A DNA stretch of 64,000 bases from a candidate division WOR-3 bacterium (GCA_027050205.1 JALUCS010000126.1:5004-69003), one strand, 5' to 3'; shown: positions 19,092 to 30,445, numbered from the stretch's first letter. The notes: a model not told the origin generated them from the letters alone. Made by a program: numbers and translations.

Positions 19092-21131
19092 ATGGTGGAA
19101 ACTCTCCTCTTGAGCGCGGTGGCTCTCGGCGTTCTCGGATTCCTCGCCGCTATCGCCACCTACTACTACATAGGGAGTCTCCCCGGTGGAGAGGGGAAGA
19201 TGGTGGAGTACGCTGCGGCCATCCGTAAGGGTGCCTTCGTATTCCTCCGCCGTGAGTACATCTACATCAGTATATTCGTAGTAATCGTATTCCTCGTCCT
19301 GACCTTCGCCATCAAACCCATGGTCGGTGTGGCCTACCTGACGGGCGCCCTCTTCTCCCTCCTCGCTGGCTTCGTCGGGATGGCTGCCGCCACCCTCGCC
19401 AACGTCCGCACGGCCTACGTGGCCTACAAGACCAAGAACGCCGGCGACACCCTCTCCGTGGCCTTCAAAGGTGGCTCCGTGATGGGAATAACCGTCGCCG
19501 CCCTCGGTCTCCTTGGCGTCGCCTTCTGGTACTGGCTCACGAAGGATGCGGCGGTCTTGAGCGGCTTCGGTATGGGTGCCTCCTCGGTCGCCCTCTTCGC
19601 CCGCGTGGGCGGTGGGATATACACCAAGGCGGCCGATGTCGGTGCGGACCTGGTGGGTAAGGTGGAGGCCGGGATACCGGAGGACGACCCTCGCAACCCC
19701 GCCGTCATAGCCGACAACGTTGGAGATAACGTCGGAGACACGGCCGGGATGGGTGCCGACCTCTACGAGTCCTACGTTGGCAGCATGGTGGCCACCGTCG
19801 CCATAGCCCTCGCCGGCTCCTTCTCCCTCTCCAACATGAAGTTAGAGTACGGCGCCCTCCCCATAATCCTCGCCGCCCTCGGCCTCGTGGTCTCCCTGAT
19901 AGCCGTGTATGCCATTGACCTCTTCAAGAAGGCCGACCCGCAGACGGCCATAAGGAACGCCACCATAACCGCCGCCGTCCTCTTCGTTATCGGGGCGTAC
20001 TTCGTCAACCAGGTCGTCGTCGGCAGCATCGGTACGTGGCTGGCCGTGGTCGGTGGCCTGGTGGCCGGTCTCCTGATAGGTTTTGAGAGCGAATACTACA
20101 CCTCCGGAAGCCCCATCAAGTTCATAGCAGAGTCGGCCAAGTTCGGGCCGGCGACCGTGATAATAAACGGCGTAGCCGTCGGATACGAGTCGGTGGTCCT
20201 ACCCTTCATAACCATAGCCGCCGCCATCCTCTTCGGCTACTTCTCCGCGGAGGTCTGGGGTGCGCCCGGTCTCGGCATCTACGGTGTGGCCCTCGCCGCA
20301 GTAGGTATGCTGGCCACCGTCGGCATAGTGATGACCACGGACTCCTACGGCCCCATAGCCGACAACGCCGGCGGGATAACGGAGATGGCCCACCTCGGTG
20401 AGGACGTGAGGGCCATAACCGACAAGTTGGACGCCCTCGGCAACACCACGGCCGCCATAGGTAAGGGTTTCGCCATAGGTTCCGCCGCCCTGGCCGCCCT
20501 CGCCCTCCTGGTGGCATACACCGAGACGGTAGGGCTTGAGGCCCTGGACTTCACCAAGGTGGAGAGCGTCGCCGGGGCCTTCCTCGGAGCGGCCATGCCC
20601 GCCCTAATAGCGGCTATGACCCTCAAGGCCGTGGGTAGGGCCGCCAACAGGATGGTGGCGGAGGTGCGCCGCCAGTTCAAGGAGCTGAAGCTCCTAACCG
20701 ACCCCAACGCCAAGCCCCAGTACGACAAGGCCATAGACATCGTCACCCAGGCCGCCATAAGGGAGATGATCCTGCCGGGCGTCTCGGCCGTCCTCGCTCC
20801 CCTCATCGTCGGCTGGCTCCTCGGCACGGAGGCCCTCGGTTTCTTCTTGGGTGCCGCTCTCTTAGTGGGAGCCTTGATAGCCATCTTCATGGCCAACACC
20901 GGTGGGGCCTGGGACAACGCCAAGAAGTACATAGAGGCCGGGAACTTCGGCGGTAAGGGGTCCGACGCCCACAAGGCCGCCGTCGTCGGCGACACCGTTG
21001 GCGACCCCTTCAAGGACACCACCGGTCCCTCAATGAACATCCTCATCAAGCTCATGTCCATCGTCTCCCTCGTCTTCGGTCCCCTCATCCACCAGTACGG
21101 CGGCGTCCTCCTCAAGTTCTTCACCCACTGA
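19092..21131 (+). CDS. hppA: Membrane-bound pyrophosphatase, K+-dependent (likely Na+-translocating)
   Basis: [31 protein letters not shown] and [10 protein letters not shown] (Ala marks the K+-dependent type). Confidence 0.95.
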   Translation: MVETLLLSAVALGVLGFLAAIATYYYIGSLPGGEGKMVEYAAAIRKGAFVFLRREYIYISIFVVIVFLVLTFAIKPMVGVAYLTGALFSLLAGFVGMAAATLANVRTAYVAYKTKNAGDTLSVAFKGGSVMGITVAALGLLGVAFWYWLTKDAAVLSGFGMGASSVALFARVGGGIYTKAADVGADLVGKVEAGIPEDDPRNPAVIADNVGDNVGDTAGMGADLYESYVGSMVATVAIALAGSFSLSNMKLEYGALPIILAALGLVVSLIAVYAIDLFKKADPQTAIRNATITAAVLFVIGAYFVNQVVVGSIGTWLAVVGGLVAGLLIGFESEYYTSGSPIKFIAESAKFGPATVIINGVAVGYESVVLPFITIAAAILFGYFSAEVWGAPGLGIYGVALAAVGMLATVGIVMTTDSYGPIADNAGGITEMAHLGEDVRAITDKLDALGNTTAAIGKGFAIGSAALAALALLVAYTETVGLEALDFTKVESVAGAFLGAAMPALIAAMTLKAVGRAANRMVAEVRRQFKELKLLTDPNAKPQYDKAIDIVTQAAIREMILPGVSAVLAPLIVGWLLGTEALGFFLGAALLVGALIAIFMANTGGAWDNAKKYIEAGNFGGKGSDAHKAAVVGDTVGDPFKDTTGPSMNILIKLMSIVSLVFGPLIHQYGGVLLKFFTH

Positions 21132-21151
21132 AGGTAGTACCGGAAAGTAAG

Positions 21152-21179
21152 GGGCGGGGCCCCGTCCCCGCCCTTTTTT
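21152..21179 (+). terminator. Intrinsic terminator after hppA
   Basis: GGGCGGGG-ccccgt-CCCCGCCC followed by TTTTTT. Confidence 0.85.
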
Positions 21180-21216
21180 ATTTCAACCGCAACCAGAACG
21201 CTCTTAAAATCCCCGT

Positions 21217-21957
21217 ATGAAGACCCTCATCCTCGGAGCCAACTCCGCCATAGCCAAGGCGGTGGCCGAGATCCTCGCCGGGAAGGGGGAAGAGCTCTAT
21301 CTGGCCAGCCGGAACTACGAGGAGACGGAGAGGTTCGCCTCCCACCTACGCGTAAAGTACGGTGTGAAGACCTACGCTGACCGCTTTGACGCTATGGATT
21401 ACGACTCCCACGGCCCGTTCTTCCGCAAGGTACTGAAGGAGATGGGGGAGATAGACAGGGTTCTGATAGCCTTCGGCTACCTCGGGGATCAGGAGAGGGC
21501 GGTCAGGGACTTCTCCGAGGCCAGGAGGATAATTGAGATAAACTACCTTGGAGCCGTTTCCATCCTCACCCACATCGTACCCTATATGGAGGAGAGGGGG
21601 AAGGGTACCATAGCCGCCATATCCTCCGTCGCCGGGGACAGGGGAAGGGGCAGCAACTTCACGTACGGGAGTGCCAAGGGAGCCTTGAGCATATACCTAA
21701 GCGGACTCCGGAACAGGCTGTATAGGAAAGGGGTCCGGGTCGTTACCATCAAACCGGGCTTCGTGGCCACCCCTATGACCGCCCACCTTGACCTTCCGAA
21801 GAGGCTCGTATCCAAACCGGAGAGGGTAGCGAGGGACATCGTGATGGCCATAGAGAAGGGGAAGGACGAGGTATATACGCCCGGCTACTGGCGGTTCATA
21901 ATGTGGGTGATAAAGGCCATACCGGAGCCGATCTTCAAGCGACTGAACCTCCGTTAG
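21217..21957 (+). CDS. SDR oxidoreductase (DprE2-like)
   Basis: ILGANSAIA, SSVAGDRGR, YGSAK and KPGFVATPMT motifs. Confidence 0.85.
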   Translation: MKTLILGANSAIAKAVAEILAGKGEELYLASRNYEETERFASHLRVKYGVKTYADRFDAMDYDSHGPFFRKVLKEMGEIDRVLIAFGYLGDQERAVRDFSEARRIIEINYLGAVSILTHIVPYMEERGKGTIAAISSVAGDRGRGSNFTYGSAKGALSIYLSGLRNRLYRKGVRVVTIKPGFVATPMTAHLDLPKRLVSKPERVARDIVMAIEKGKDEVYTPGYWRFIMWVIKAIPEPIFKRLNLR

Positions 21958-22856
21958 GCCTCTACGGTTGAGTACTCCGGATTCCAGACGGCAAGTAGGT
22001 GGAGGAAGGGGTTGGGCAGGTACCTCCGGTAGCCGGTTTCGGTGTCCCTGATGGCGAGGTACAACCGGTTGAACCTGCGGTAGTCTATGGCTCCGTCCCT
22101 GTGCAGTTCCCTTAAAGCGTAGTATCCGAGTCGCAGGAGCATAGGTCCCCCCTCGTTGAGTTTCTTCAGGAGCTCCTGGGATGCGGTGAGGCTTCCGAGG
22201 GCGTACGCCTTCCAGAGGTTTATCACCCTGCGGTAGTCCCGGACGTGGGAGAGGAGCCGGAGGGCGACGCCCGGACTGTGGCCAGAGAGTTCGTAGAGGA
22301 CGGGGTCCTCCTCCCCTACCACCTTTATGAAGTCCCCGTAGCTTAGGGGTGAGAACCTGACCTTCAGGGACCGGGAACGTATGGTGGGCAGGACCCGGTG
22401 GGGGTGGGAGGTTATGAGGATGAAGAGGGTACGCCTCCAGCCCTCCTCAAGGAGCTTGAGCATGGAGTTCTGGGCCTCAAGGGTGGCGTTCTCGGCGTTC
22501 ATTATCACCACCACCTTACGGTTGAGGGCGACGGGGGGCCTTACCACCTCCGCCTTTATCTCCCTTATGCGGTTTATCCCGATGGTGGAGCGGGACTCGT
22601 AGAAGTCTTCGGGCCGAGGCTTCCCCGGAACGGGGGGGACGGGTGAGACGAAGAGGACATCCTGACAGGTTAGACGCCTCACCTTCTCTGCGAGTCCGTA
22701 CTTTGAGGCTAGAACCTCAAGGAACTCGTAGGCGAGGGTGGCCTTCCCCACCCCCTCCGGACCCACCAGCATGAGGGTGGGGACCTCCGCACCCTCAAGG
22801 AAGCGGGAGAGGACCCGCTTGGCCACCCCCTGCCCTACCGTCCTCTCAAACATCAC
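21954..22856 (-). CDS. holB: DNA polymerase III delta' subunit-like
   Basis: GPEGVGK, AQNSMLKLLEE and LPTIRSR motifs. Confidence 0.8.
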   Translation of the reverse strand: MMFERTVGQGVAKRVLSRFLEGAEVPTLMLVGPEGVGKATLAYEFLEVLASKYGLAEKVRRLTCQDVLFVSPVPPVPGKPRPEDFYESRSTIGINRIREIKAEVVRPPVALNRKVVVIMNAENATLEAQNSMLKLLEEGWRRTLFILITSHPHRVLPTIRSRSLKVRFSPLSYGDFIKVVGEEDPVLYELSGHSPGVALRLLSHVRDYRRVINLWKAYALGSLTASQELLKKLNEGGPMLLRLGYYALRELHRDGAIDYRRFNRLYLAIRDTETGYRRYLPNPFLHLLAVWNPEYSTVEA

Positions 22857-23830
22857 CGTCGGCCGAGTATCTCCTTGAGTTTCCTTATGCGGTCTATCCG
22901 GTAGGGGTCTCCCCCGTACTCCACCGTAAGCCAGTAGGAAACGAAATCCCCGAACCAGATGAGGTAGAGCATCTGGGCCAGTCTGCTCTCCCCCTTCGCC
23001 CCAACGCTGTAGGCTCCGAGGACGTAGTCCCGCAGGAGGTCCTCCACTATCTCCATCCGCAACCTTACCCTCGGGTGGTCGTAGTCCGTCTTTAGGAAGA
23101 CGAGCCAGGCCTTGGTATCAAGGAATTCGGGGTGGTCAAACCCCTCTATCTCGTTGTGGTTATGCTCCGGGAAGAGCATCACGTGGGCGAAGGCGTTGGC
23201 GTTCTCGTTTATCTGGTTCTTCCAGCGGACGGCCACGGAGCCGATGGAGGCGTCCGCGTATATCAGGGGCAGGCGTTTGTATATTCGGCTGGCCACCTCG
23301 TACGTGGGGGAGTCCTCACCGTCCAACTCCTCACCGTACCCCTTCAGCTCCTCCGCCGCCTTCAGGAGTTCCCCGTACTCCTCCCCTTTGATTATACCCA
23401 TCTCCCTCGCCCCGAAAGCCAGGGCCTTGAAGAGGAAGCCGAAGGCCTCCCTTGGCTGGTATCCGGAGGGTACCGTTACGACAGGCACACCGTCCCCCTT
23501 GGCCATCTCCCGCAACTTCCCCCCCGTCGTGATCACGAACCCCCTCATCCCCCTCTTCACAGCCTGCGAGTATGCCGACAGGGTCTCCTCCGTATTTCCG
23601 GAATAGCTTACGGCAACAAAGGTGTCCCCCTCACCGTAGAAGGGAGGAAGGTCGTAGTGCCGCACCGTCCTTACGTCAAGGCCGAGCCAGTCGGCGAAGA
23701 GGTCCCCCGCCGCCGCCGAGCCTCCCATGCCCATTATTACGATCCTGCCGCCCTCGTAGGGCCTGAAGGTCCCCTCCGCATCCGGCTCGTAGAGGAGCAT
23801 ATCCGGAAACTTCCGTATGTTCTCAACCAT
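22853..23830 (-). CDS. Bifunctional phosphoglucose/phosphomannose isomerase
   Basis: GMGGS, SYSGNTEET, RWKNQINENA and PEHNHNEIEG motifs. Confidence 0.92.
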   Translation of the reverse strand: MVENIRKFPDMLLYEPDAEGTFRPYEGGRIVIMGMGGSAAAGDLFADWLGLDVRTVRHYDLPPFYGEGDTFVAVSYSGNTEETLSAYSQAVKRGMRGFVITTGGKLREMAKGDGVPVVTVPSGYQPREAFGFLFKALAFGAREMGIIKGEEYGELLKAAEELKGYGEELDGEDSPTYEVASRIYKRLPLIYADASIGSVAVRWKNQINENANAFAHVMLFPEHNHNEIEGFDHPEFLDTKAWLVFLKTDYDHPRVRLRMEIVEDLLRDYVLGAYSVGAKGESRLAQMLYLIWFGDFVSYWLTVEYGGDPYRIDRIRKLKEILGRR

Positions 23831-23831
23831 G

Positions 23832-24662
23832 CTAAGATTCTACGCTGGAGCGGAGGAAGGCCACGTACTCCTCCATACACTTCAGGAAGGAGGGGGCATC
23901 GTACCGGTACCTTGAGGAGAGTAGAACGGAGGTCCTCGGCCTTATCTCCATACCGGGGCCGGGAGAGCGGAGGAGGATCCTGGACCTGGAGCCGAGGGCG
24001 TCCCCTAAGAGTACGGCGGCCTTAAAGGGGGTCGTGGGGAAGCGGCCGGTTACGTGGTATACGCCTCCGGGGACCTCCCCCTCCAACATCTCAAAGATGA
24101 CCCGTGCGAGGAAGGGGGCGTAGGTGGGGGAAGAGAGCTGTCCGTCGTGGGCCTTCACCTCCTCACCCTTGAGGAGCATTGAGGGGAGGCGGCTGAAGAA
24201 GTTCCTCCCCCCCGGACCGTAGAGCCACGAGGTCCTTATCACGATGGCGTCGGGGTTCTCCTCCAGAACGTACCTCTCGCCGAGGAGCTTGGTCTTTCCG
24301 TAGACCCCCAGGGGTTGGGGGTAGTCGTCCTCGTAGTAGAAGCCAACCCTACCGTCAAAGACGTAGTCCGTGGATACGTGTACGAGCCTTACCCCCATCT
24401 CCCGGCTTACCCTCGCCAACACCTTGGGGAAGTCCGCATTCACCAGGGTGGCCTCAACCGGATTCCCCTCCGCACCGTCTACGTCCGTGTACGCGGCGGC
24501 GTTTATGACCACCTTCAGCTCCCGTAGGAACTTCCGCAGGTACCTCTCTACGCCCCCTACGTTCCTAAGGTCAAAATCCCTCCTTGAGTGAAACTTGATT
24601 ACGGGGAGTACCTCCCGGAGCGCCCTACCGAGGGTCCCCGTACCTCCTATTACACCTATCAC
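23832..24662 (-). CDS. rfbD: dTDP-4-dehydrorhamnose reductase family
   Basis: NAAAYTDVDGAE, STDYVFDG, YGKTK and RTSWLYG motifs. Confidence 0.88.
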   Translation of the reverse strand: MIGVIGGTGTLGRALREVLPVIKFHSRRDFDLRNVGGVERYLRKFLRELKVVINAAAYTDVDGAEGNPVEATLVNADFPKVLARVSREMGVRLVHVSTDYVFDGRVGFYYEDDYPQPLGVYGKTKLLGERYVLEENPDAIVIRTSWLYGPGGRNFFSRLPSMLLKGEEVKAHDGQLSSPTYAPFLARVIFEMLEGEVPGGVYHVTGRFPTTPFKAAVLLGDALGSRSRILLRSPGPGMEIRPRTSVLLSSRYRYDAPSFLKCMEEYVAFLRSSVES

Positions 24663-24668
24663 GCCCCG

Positions 24669-26357
24669 TTATTTTACGCCGGGGAAACCCCGGCCGTAGA
24701 GGGAACGGTAGGCCCTGTAGCTCCGTATCACCCTCCGGACGTACTTCCGGGTCTCGCTGTAGGGTATTACGTCTATGAAGTGGGGGAAGTTCAGGAGCTC
24801 GTACCCGTACCTGCAGAGCCACCTGTCCAAGGCCCCCCTACCGGCGTTATAGGCGGCGGCCACAAGGTGAGGGGAACGGTAGATCTGGAAGGCCTCCCTA
24901 AGGAGGAAGGCACCCATCCTTAGGTTGGTCAGGGGGGCGTAGGGGTCCCTCACCCTCTCCTTCATCTCCCTCCTGAACCGCCTGACGTTGAAGGGCATTA
25001 TCTGGGCGAGACCCATAGCCCCCGCCCTTGACCTCGCCTTCCTCTTGAACCGGGACTCCTCCCTGACTATAGCCCGGAGGAAGAGGGGGTCTATGCCGAA
25101 CTCCTTGGCCGCCGAGTCTATCTCCCTCCCGTAGAGGGTGTAAGGGAAGGCCATCCTCCCCCACCAGAGGGGTACCCCCCTACCCTTGTCTGCCACCCTA
25201 TACACCCCCGCCAGGACGTAGGAGGCCTTCAGGAAGTTCCCCTCGTCCATCAGCTCCCTTGCCCTCCTGTAGCCGGAGGGGACGTCCTTAACGTACCAGG
25301 GGTAGGCGAGGCTCCAGCCCCAGAGTTTCTCCATCACCTTGCCTATCTCGTAGTTCCTAAGGTTGCCAGCGGTGTCCCAGACGTCCCCCTCCTTCCATGG
25401 AACGTCCTCCGAAAGTTCAAGGTAGTAGTAGCTTATGGGGTTGTAGGTGCGGAGGTCCCGGACGTAGTTGGTATCCCGGCTTAGTAGGTAGAGCCAGTAG
25501 GTCGCCTGCGTCCATACGAAGGACCCCCTCTCCGCCCTCTTGCGGGCCTCGTAGAAGTAGTTGTACGCGTCTTCAAGGTAATGGACGCCGTAGGCGGAGA
25601 GGCCGAGCCATACGAAGCTCTCCGGGTCCAAGCCGTCATAGGCGGTGGCCGAAATGCGGGCGTAGAGGTCGGAGGCCTCGTAGCGGAGGAAGGGTTTAGC
25701 CACCTCCGAAGCCATCACTCGGTAGGCCCTCCTGTAATCCCCCATCCTGATGAGCTCCAAGAGGGCCAGGGATATGGAGTCGTAGTCTTCGGCGTTCAGA
25801 AACCGCACAAGGTGCTTTATGAGCGCCCTCTTCCGGTACTCCGGGGGCATCTTGAGAACCTCGGAGAAGGATACCCCCCTCCTCTTCCACTTCGCCACCA
25901 GGTACAGGCCGTACTCCTCCGGGTCCGTCGTATCCGCCGCCTTGAGGACGGAGTCCCACATCCCGTGGGCGAGCATAACCCGAAGCTTCAATTTCTTGGA
26001 AACTGGGAGTTTGAGGAGTTTCTTCGCCTCCTTTGTCCTTGGGTAGAGGCGGCCGAGGTCGGCGAGGTAGGAGACCTTGCGGGTCTTCCTGTAGAGGTAC
26101 TTGAGGACGGGGTAGGTCTTCGGACAGGGAGGAACCTTGACGGCCGGCGATCCTCCCCCGGCGAGTCGGTTGCAGGCCAGACGGCAGGGCCTCTTATCTT
26201 TCAGTGAGCATATCTCCCGGAGGATGCGGGAGGCTTCCCCCGGAGGGGTGGTCTTGAGGGTTGCCTTTGCGGCGAGGATGTAAGGTCTTATCTCCGGGTA
26301 GAGCTGCTGTAGGGAGTCAAGGGCGCGACTGCTAAGGGCGGCAGATAGTAGGAGCAT
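24669..26357 (-). CDS. Soluble lytic transglycosylase (Slt-like)
   Basis: IVREESRF, AMGLAQIMP, AAYNAG and PYSETRKYV motifs; helical N-terminal region. Confidence 0.88.
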   Translation of the reverse strand: MLLLSAALSSRALDSLQQLYPEIRPYILAAKATLKTTPPGEASRILREICSLKDKRPCRLACNRLAGGGSPAVKVPPCPKTYPVLKYLYRKTRKVSYLADLGRLYPRTKEAKKLLKLPVSKKLKLRVMLAHGMWDSVLKAADTTDPEEYGLYLVAKWKRRGVSFSEVLKMPPEYRKRALIKHLVRFLNAEDYDSISLALLELIRMGDYRRAYRVMASEVAKPFLRYEASDLYARISATAYDGLDPESFVWLGLSAYGVHYLEDAYNYFYEARKRAERGSFVWTQATYWLYLLSRDTNYVRDLRTYNPISYYYLELSEDVPWKEGDVWDTAGNLRNYEIGKVMEKLWGWSLAYPWYVKDVPSGYRRARELMDEGNFLKASYVLAGVYRVADKGRGVPLWWGRMAFPYTLYGREIDSAAKEFGIDPLFLRAIVREESRFKRKARSRAGAMGLAQIMPFNVRRFRREMKERVRDPYAPLTNLRMGAFLLREAFQIYRSPHLVAAAYNAGRGALDRWLCRYGYELLNFPHFIDVIPYSETRKYVRRVIRSYRAYRSLYGRGFPGVK

Positions 26358-26389
26358 AGCGGTGATTATAAAAGCGCACTGCTATCCCA

Positions 26390-26686
26390 TTACCCTATCC
26401 CGTACTTGCTCAGGTAGGCCTTCACGAGGAGGTTGAAGAACTTCGTGTGTTTCCCGTCCATCAGCTTAAGATGCACCAGCTCGTGTACTATCACCTCGTG
26501 GCGGAAGCGGGCGGGTTGCTTGAGTAGGTCGCTGTTTAAGGTGAGCCTTCCCCTCGTTGAGACGCTCGCCCACTTCCGTTTCATCGGCCTCACGTGTATC
26601 TCCTTCAACCTGTCCTCAACCCCTATCCTCCTCGCCCACGTCCAGACTTCGGCGATGAGAATGTCCCGCATTACGTCCTCACTCAT
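26390..26686 (-). CDS. YgjP/DUF45 (M48-like) metallopeptidase domain protein
   Basis: MKRKWAS...VIVHELVHL...HTKFF; sits directly downstream of hsdR, as is typical. Confidence 0.8.
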   Translation of the reverse strand: MSEDVMRDILIAEVWTWARRIGVEDRLKEIHVRPMKRKWASVSTRGRLTLNSDLLKQPARFRHEVIVHELVHLKLMDGKHTKFFNLLVKAYLSKYGIG

Positions 26687-29579
26687 CCGCTATCCTCCTT
26701 AGCAGGTTAAGGATGTCGTTTGCCCATTCAACCCTGTCCTCTATACCTGCCCCTTTGAGGACCTTGTAGAGCCTCCTGCGGAGGCCTCCCTCCTGTCGGG
26801 CGCTCTTACTCCAATAGGGGAACTCCTTCAGGGCCTCGTCTATACCGAGGGCGAGATCTTCGGAGGTATGGGGGTCCAACCCCTTGTGGAGCCGCAGCCA
26901 CCACTTTACGGCGAAGGCACCGTTGGAGAGGTGGGTTTCCCCCATCTGCCTCTGGGCCTCCTTTATCTCCCTTACGAGTTTCTCCAGCTCCTTTAGGGCC
27001 TGCCTGCTGTTTATCTGCCTCTCCTCAAAGGCCTTCCTTATCCTCTCCGCCCTCTCCCCTATGGGTATGAGGAAAGGTTTCTCCTTCCCCTCCTCCGCCA
27101 CCATCCGGGCTATGGTGTTGAGGAGGTTAAACATCCTGACGGTTTCGGGTTTGTGCCTGGCGGTTAGGAGGGACTCAAGGGTTTCGGGGGTTATCTCGTA
27201 GGTCTCTTTAAGGAGGTTTAAGGTTGGGGTACGGGTGTGCCTCTGTACGATTTCGGCTGTCTTTCTAAGGAAGGACTTATCAACATCAACCGAAGGCTCG
27301 TAGGCGCTTCGCAGGATCCTGTACATCTCAACGAGTTTCCTGTAGTCGTCCAAGAAGGGACGGAGGAAGGGGTCGGGGGATAGCACCTCGTAGAGTTCTT
27401 GGAGTTCGCGAAAGAACCTATAAAACTCCTCCCTCAAGGGTTTATCCTTGAAGCGTTGGAGGATGGCTTCGGCGACCCTGTCCGGTTCGTTGGGATCAAA
27501 TACGGGTAGGTACTCCTCCCTCCCCACTCTTATGAGCTCCTCAAAGCGCTCCTTCAGGACGTCTATTCCCTCAACTATTCCCTTGATGTCCTCCGAGTCA
27601 AAGGCGAGGGCCTTTTCAAGGTTGTCAAATATGCCTACGAAGTCAATTATGAGTCCGTTGGTCTTCCTACGTCCGTCTTCGTCCTCGTACGGGCGATTCA
27701 CTCTGGCAATGGCTTGGAGGAGGACGTGGTCCCGCATGGGTTTGTCAAGGTACATAGCGTAAAGGATCGGGGCGTCGTATCCGGTCAGGAGCTTCTCCGT
27801 GACTATGAGAATCTTGGGGTTTTCGTCGGGCTTCCTGAAGGCCTTCCTTACGCGGGTCTCCTCCTCGTCGCTTAGGTGGTAGCGTTTCAGATGGGGAGGG
27901 TCGTTGTGGTTCCGGCTTATTACGACCTCGCTGTATTCAGGGGGCAGGTACCTGTCCAAAGCCTCCTTGTAGAGGACGCACGCCTCCCTATCCACGGCCA
28001 CAAGGAAGGCCTTGTACCCCATAGGTTCAACGTTGCTTTTAAAGTGTTCGGCCACAAAACGGGCGATCTTCTCAACTCTTTCGCTGTTTTTGAGCATATT
28101 TTTGAGATTCACCGCCCTATCCAACACCCGGTTTATCTCCTCTATATCGGCCACACCCTCAAGGGCGGCGGCCTTCCAGAACTCCCTCTCCATCGTCTCC
28201 CTATCCACGACCAACTCGTTTGGGGCCATCTGGTAATGGAGGGGAACGGTGGTCCCATCCTCTATAGACTCCTTTATGGAGTACTTGTCCAGATAACCCC
28301 TCGGAGGGTCATCCACACCGAAGACCTTGAAGGTACCCTTCCCCCTACTCGTCTTATCTATCGGTGTCCCGGTGAAACCTATAAACGTGGCGTTGGGAAG
28401 CGCCCCCATAAGGTAGTTTCCGAGGTCCCCGCCCGTTGATCTGTGAGCCTCGTCTATCAGGACGATGATGTTGGAGCGGGTGTTCAGGTTGGCGTCCGCT
28501 TTATCAAACTTATGGATCATAGAGACTATCAGGCCGCGGGTGTCCCTCTTGAGGAGTTCCCGGAGGTGTCTTTTGCTCTTGGCAACGTGGAGGTTTCCGA
28601 AACCGACGGCCTCAAGGTTCTGGAAGAGCTGCTGCTGGAGTTCGTTCCTGTCCACTATCATAAGGACGGTGGGGTTCTTGAAGCGGGGGTCCTCCAGTAT
28701 AAGTCTGGCGGCGGTTATCATCGTGTAGGTCTTCCCGGAACCCTGTGTGTGCCATACGAGTCCCCTACGCTTTCCGCGGTCACTGGCCCTCCCTACGACC
28801 TTTCCGACGGCCCTCATCTGATGGGGACGGAGGACCACCTTGGACAGCTCCCCGTCCCTCCGGACGAAGAGGATGTACCTGCCGAGGATTTCAAGGATCC
28901 TCCTCCGGGATACGAAGGCCTTGACGAGGGTCTCAAAGTCCCCGGCCTGCTCGTCTCTGTAATTGAACAGGGCTTTACGGGAGAGGTTCCACGTGGGGCC
29001 GTAGAGGAAGCGGTGGAAGTCTGTAATTACGTATATTTGGCTCTGTACCAGAAGCTCCGGAGCCTCGTCGTGGTACCGTCTTATCTGCTCATGGGCCTCC
29101 CCTATGCCCTCAACCTTCGTAGGGGCCTTGGCCTCAAGGACCACAACGGGGATGCCGTTGACGAGGAAGACGATGTCAAGGCGAACGGTGGAGGTTCCAC
29201 TGACGAAGCGGAACTCCTCGGTTATGTGGAATACGTTGTTCTCCGGAACCTCAAAGTCAATAAGGCGTACGTTCTTCTCCCTTTTCTCCTCCTCAACGAA
29301 TACGGTCTTAAGGCCCCTCAGGTACTCCCACACCTCGTAATTTCCTTCAACGTTGGGCCTCACCCTTACAAGTCTGTCTATCACCTCTTCGGCCTTCGTC
29401 CGGTTTACTATGGCAGTGGGGTTGAGTTTCTGAAGTTGCTCTATCAGAATGCTCCGCAGTACGGGACTACTCTCCCCTCCCCGTAGCCTAAGGGCCTCAT
29501 CCGGAGGGAGGTACCTCCAACCCACCTCCTGGGTGTGGCGGATTATAGGTTCCTGAACGGTCTGGCGTTCGGAGAACAT
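26679..29579 (-). CDS. hsdR: Type I restriction endonuclease subunit R
   Basis: DIVFLVNGIPVVVLEAK nuclease motif; HTQGSGKT, DEAH, GFTGTP and QAIARVNR helicase motifs. Confidence 0.95.
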   Translation of the reverse strand: MFSERQTVQEPIIRHTQEVGWRYLPPDEALRLRGGESSPVLRSILIEQLQKLNPTAIVNRTKAEEVIDRLVRVRPNVEGNYEVWEYLRGLKTVFVEEEKREKNVRLIDFEVPENNVFHITEEFRFVSGTSTVRLDIVFLVNGIPVVVLEAKAPTKVEGIGEAHEQIRRYHDEAPELLVQSQIYVITDFHRFLYGPTWNLSRKALFNYRDEQAGDFETLVKAFVSRRRILEILGRYILFVRRDGELSKVVLRPHQMRAVGKVVGRASDRGKRRGLVWHTQGSGKTYTMITAARLILEDPRFKNPTVLMIVDRNELQQQLFQNLEAVGFGNLHVAKSKRHLRELLKRDTRGLIVSMIHKFDKADANLNTRSNIIVLIDEAHRSTGGDLGNYLMGALPNATFIGFTGTPIDKTSRGKGTFKVFGVDDPPRGYLDKYSIKESIEDGTTVPLHYQMAPNELVVDRETMEREFWKAAALEGVADIEEINRVLDRAVNLKNMLKNSERVEKIARFVAEHFKSNVEPMGYKAFLVAVDREACVLYKEALDRYLPPEYSEVVISRNHNDPPHLKRYHLSDEEETRVRKAFRKPDENPKILIVTEKLLTGYDAPILYAMYLDKPMRDHVLLQAIARVNRPYEDEDGRRKTNGLIIDFVGIFDNLEKALAFDSEDIKGIVEGIDVLKERFEELIRVGREEYLPVFDPNEPDRVAEAILQRFKDKPLREEFYRFFRELQELYEVLSPDPFLRPFLDDYRKLVEMYRILRSAYEPSVDVDKSFLRKTAEIVQRHTRTPTLNLLKETYEITPETLESLLTARHKPETVRMFNLLNTIARMVAEEGKEKPFLIPIGERAERIRKAFEERQINSRQALKELEKLVREIKEAQRQMGETHLSNGAFAVKWWLRLHKGLDPHTSEDLALGIDEALKEFPYWSKSARQEGGLRRRLYKVLKGAGIEDRVEWANDILNLLRRIADE

Positions 29580-29584
29580 GATCT

Positions 29585-30445
29585 TTACCCCTTCTTATGC
29601 CTTGTGTTATCAAATAAGTTTGGCTCATTTTCTCGCATTTTTAAATAAATATTGGTGTATGGTCTCCCTTCTTCATCAGGGAAACCCCATAAATTAAATT
29701 TCCTACGCCATCTATATTGATCTTTTCTGACCCATCGCACTATAAATGACGCTAATTCTCTTTTTGCTGGTTTTCTCACTTTATTTAATAAAGCTGCTTG
29801 AGTTGAACCTATCAATAAATCAGTAAACTGTAGTAAATCATCATCTGAAGAGTCTTTAGGCACCACTTTTAATATTACTTCAGGATAATTCCCTTTCTCC
29901 TCCTTCTGTAGAATGCTATCATATCTTGCTCGTTGTTGTATGTATTTCTCAAAATTATCAATTATACTACGATTCTTTTTATCTGTTATAAAAGTTATCT
30001 CTAATCTATCATATTCGTTTTCCTGAAGTATATGCCAATTAATACCAGCTTTTAACGCCATAGCAGTAAAACGATTGTACTCGTGAAAATCTTTTGGAAA
30101 TCTGCTATGTTCGTAAGCACTACTATAACGATCTACAATGAGACAAGAAAAATTTGCAATCTCTGACAAACGTTGGCGAAATTCTATCATCCATTTTTTA
30201 GCTATTCTTGCTTTTGCACCATATTTACCTGAAAAGGATTTAGGTAATTCCTTAAAATGAATTTCTCTAAAGTAGTTTTCCTCCTCCCTTACCCTATACA
30301 AAATTTTGCGTGCAATATCAATATCATGACTTTTTATAAATAGCAGACCTATAATTAACCATCGTTTCTCTGGGAGACTTTCATCATGAAAAACATGATA
30401 CTTCCCTACTTTCACGATTTCATTGCCCCAAAAATCTCGTTTCAT
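29585..30445 (-). CDS. DUF3800-like protein (RNase H-like fold)
   Basis: N-terminal FHDES, EIHF and C-terminal LQFTDLLIG; AT-rich. Confidence 0.65.
   Translation of the reverse strand: MKRDFWGNEIVKVGKYHVFHDESLPEKRWLIIGLLFIKSHDIDIARKILYRVREEENYFREIHFKELPKSFSGKYGAKARIAKKWMIEFRQRLSEIANFSCLIVDRYSSAYEHSRFPKDFHEYNRFTAMALKAGINWHILQENEYDRLEITFITDKKNRSIIDNFEKYIQQRARYDSILQKEEKGNYPEVILKVVPKDSSDDDLLQFTDLLIGSTQAALLNKVRKPAKRELASFIVRWVRKDQYRWRRKFNLWGFPDEEGRPYTNIYLKMRENEPNLFDNTRHKKG

Noticed and set aside
15023-29486. Long antisense ORFs (e.g. 15023-16207, 20345-21124, 23132-24025, 28443-29486)
   Set aside because: They lie opposite well-supported genes, have no recognisable motifs, and are expected from strong GC3 bias.
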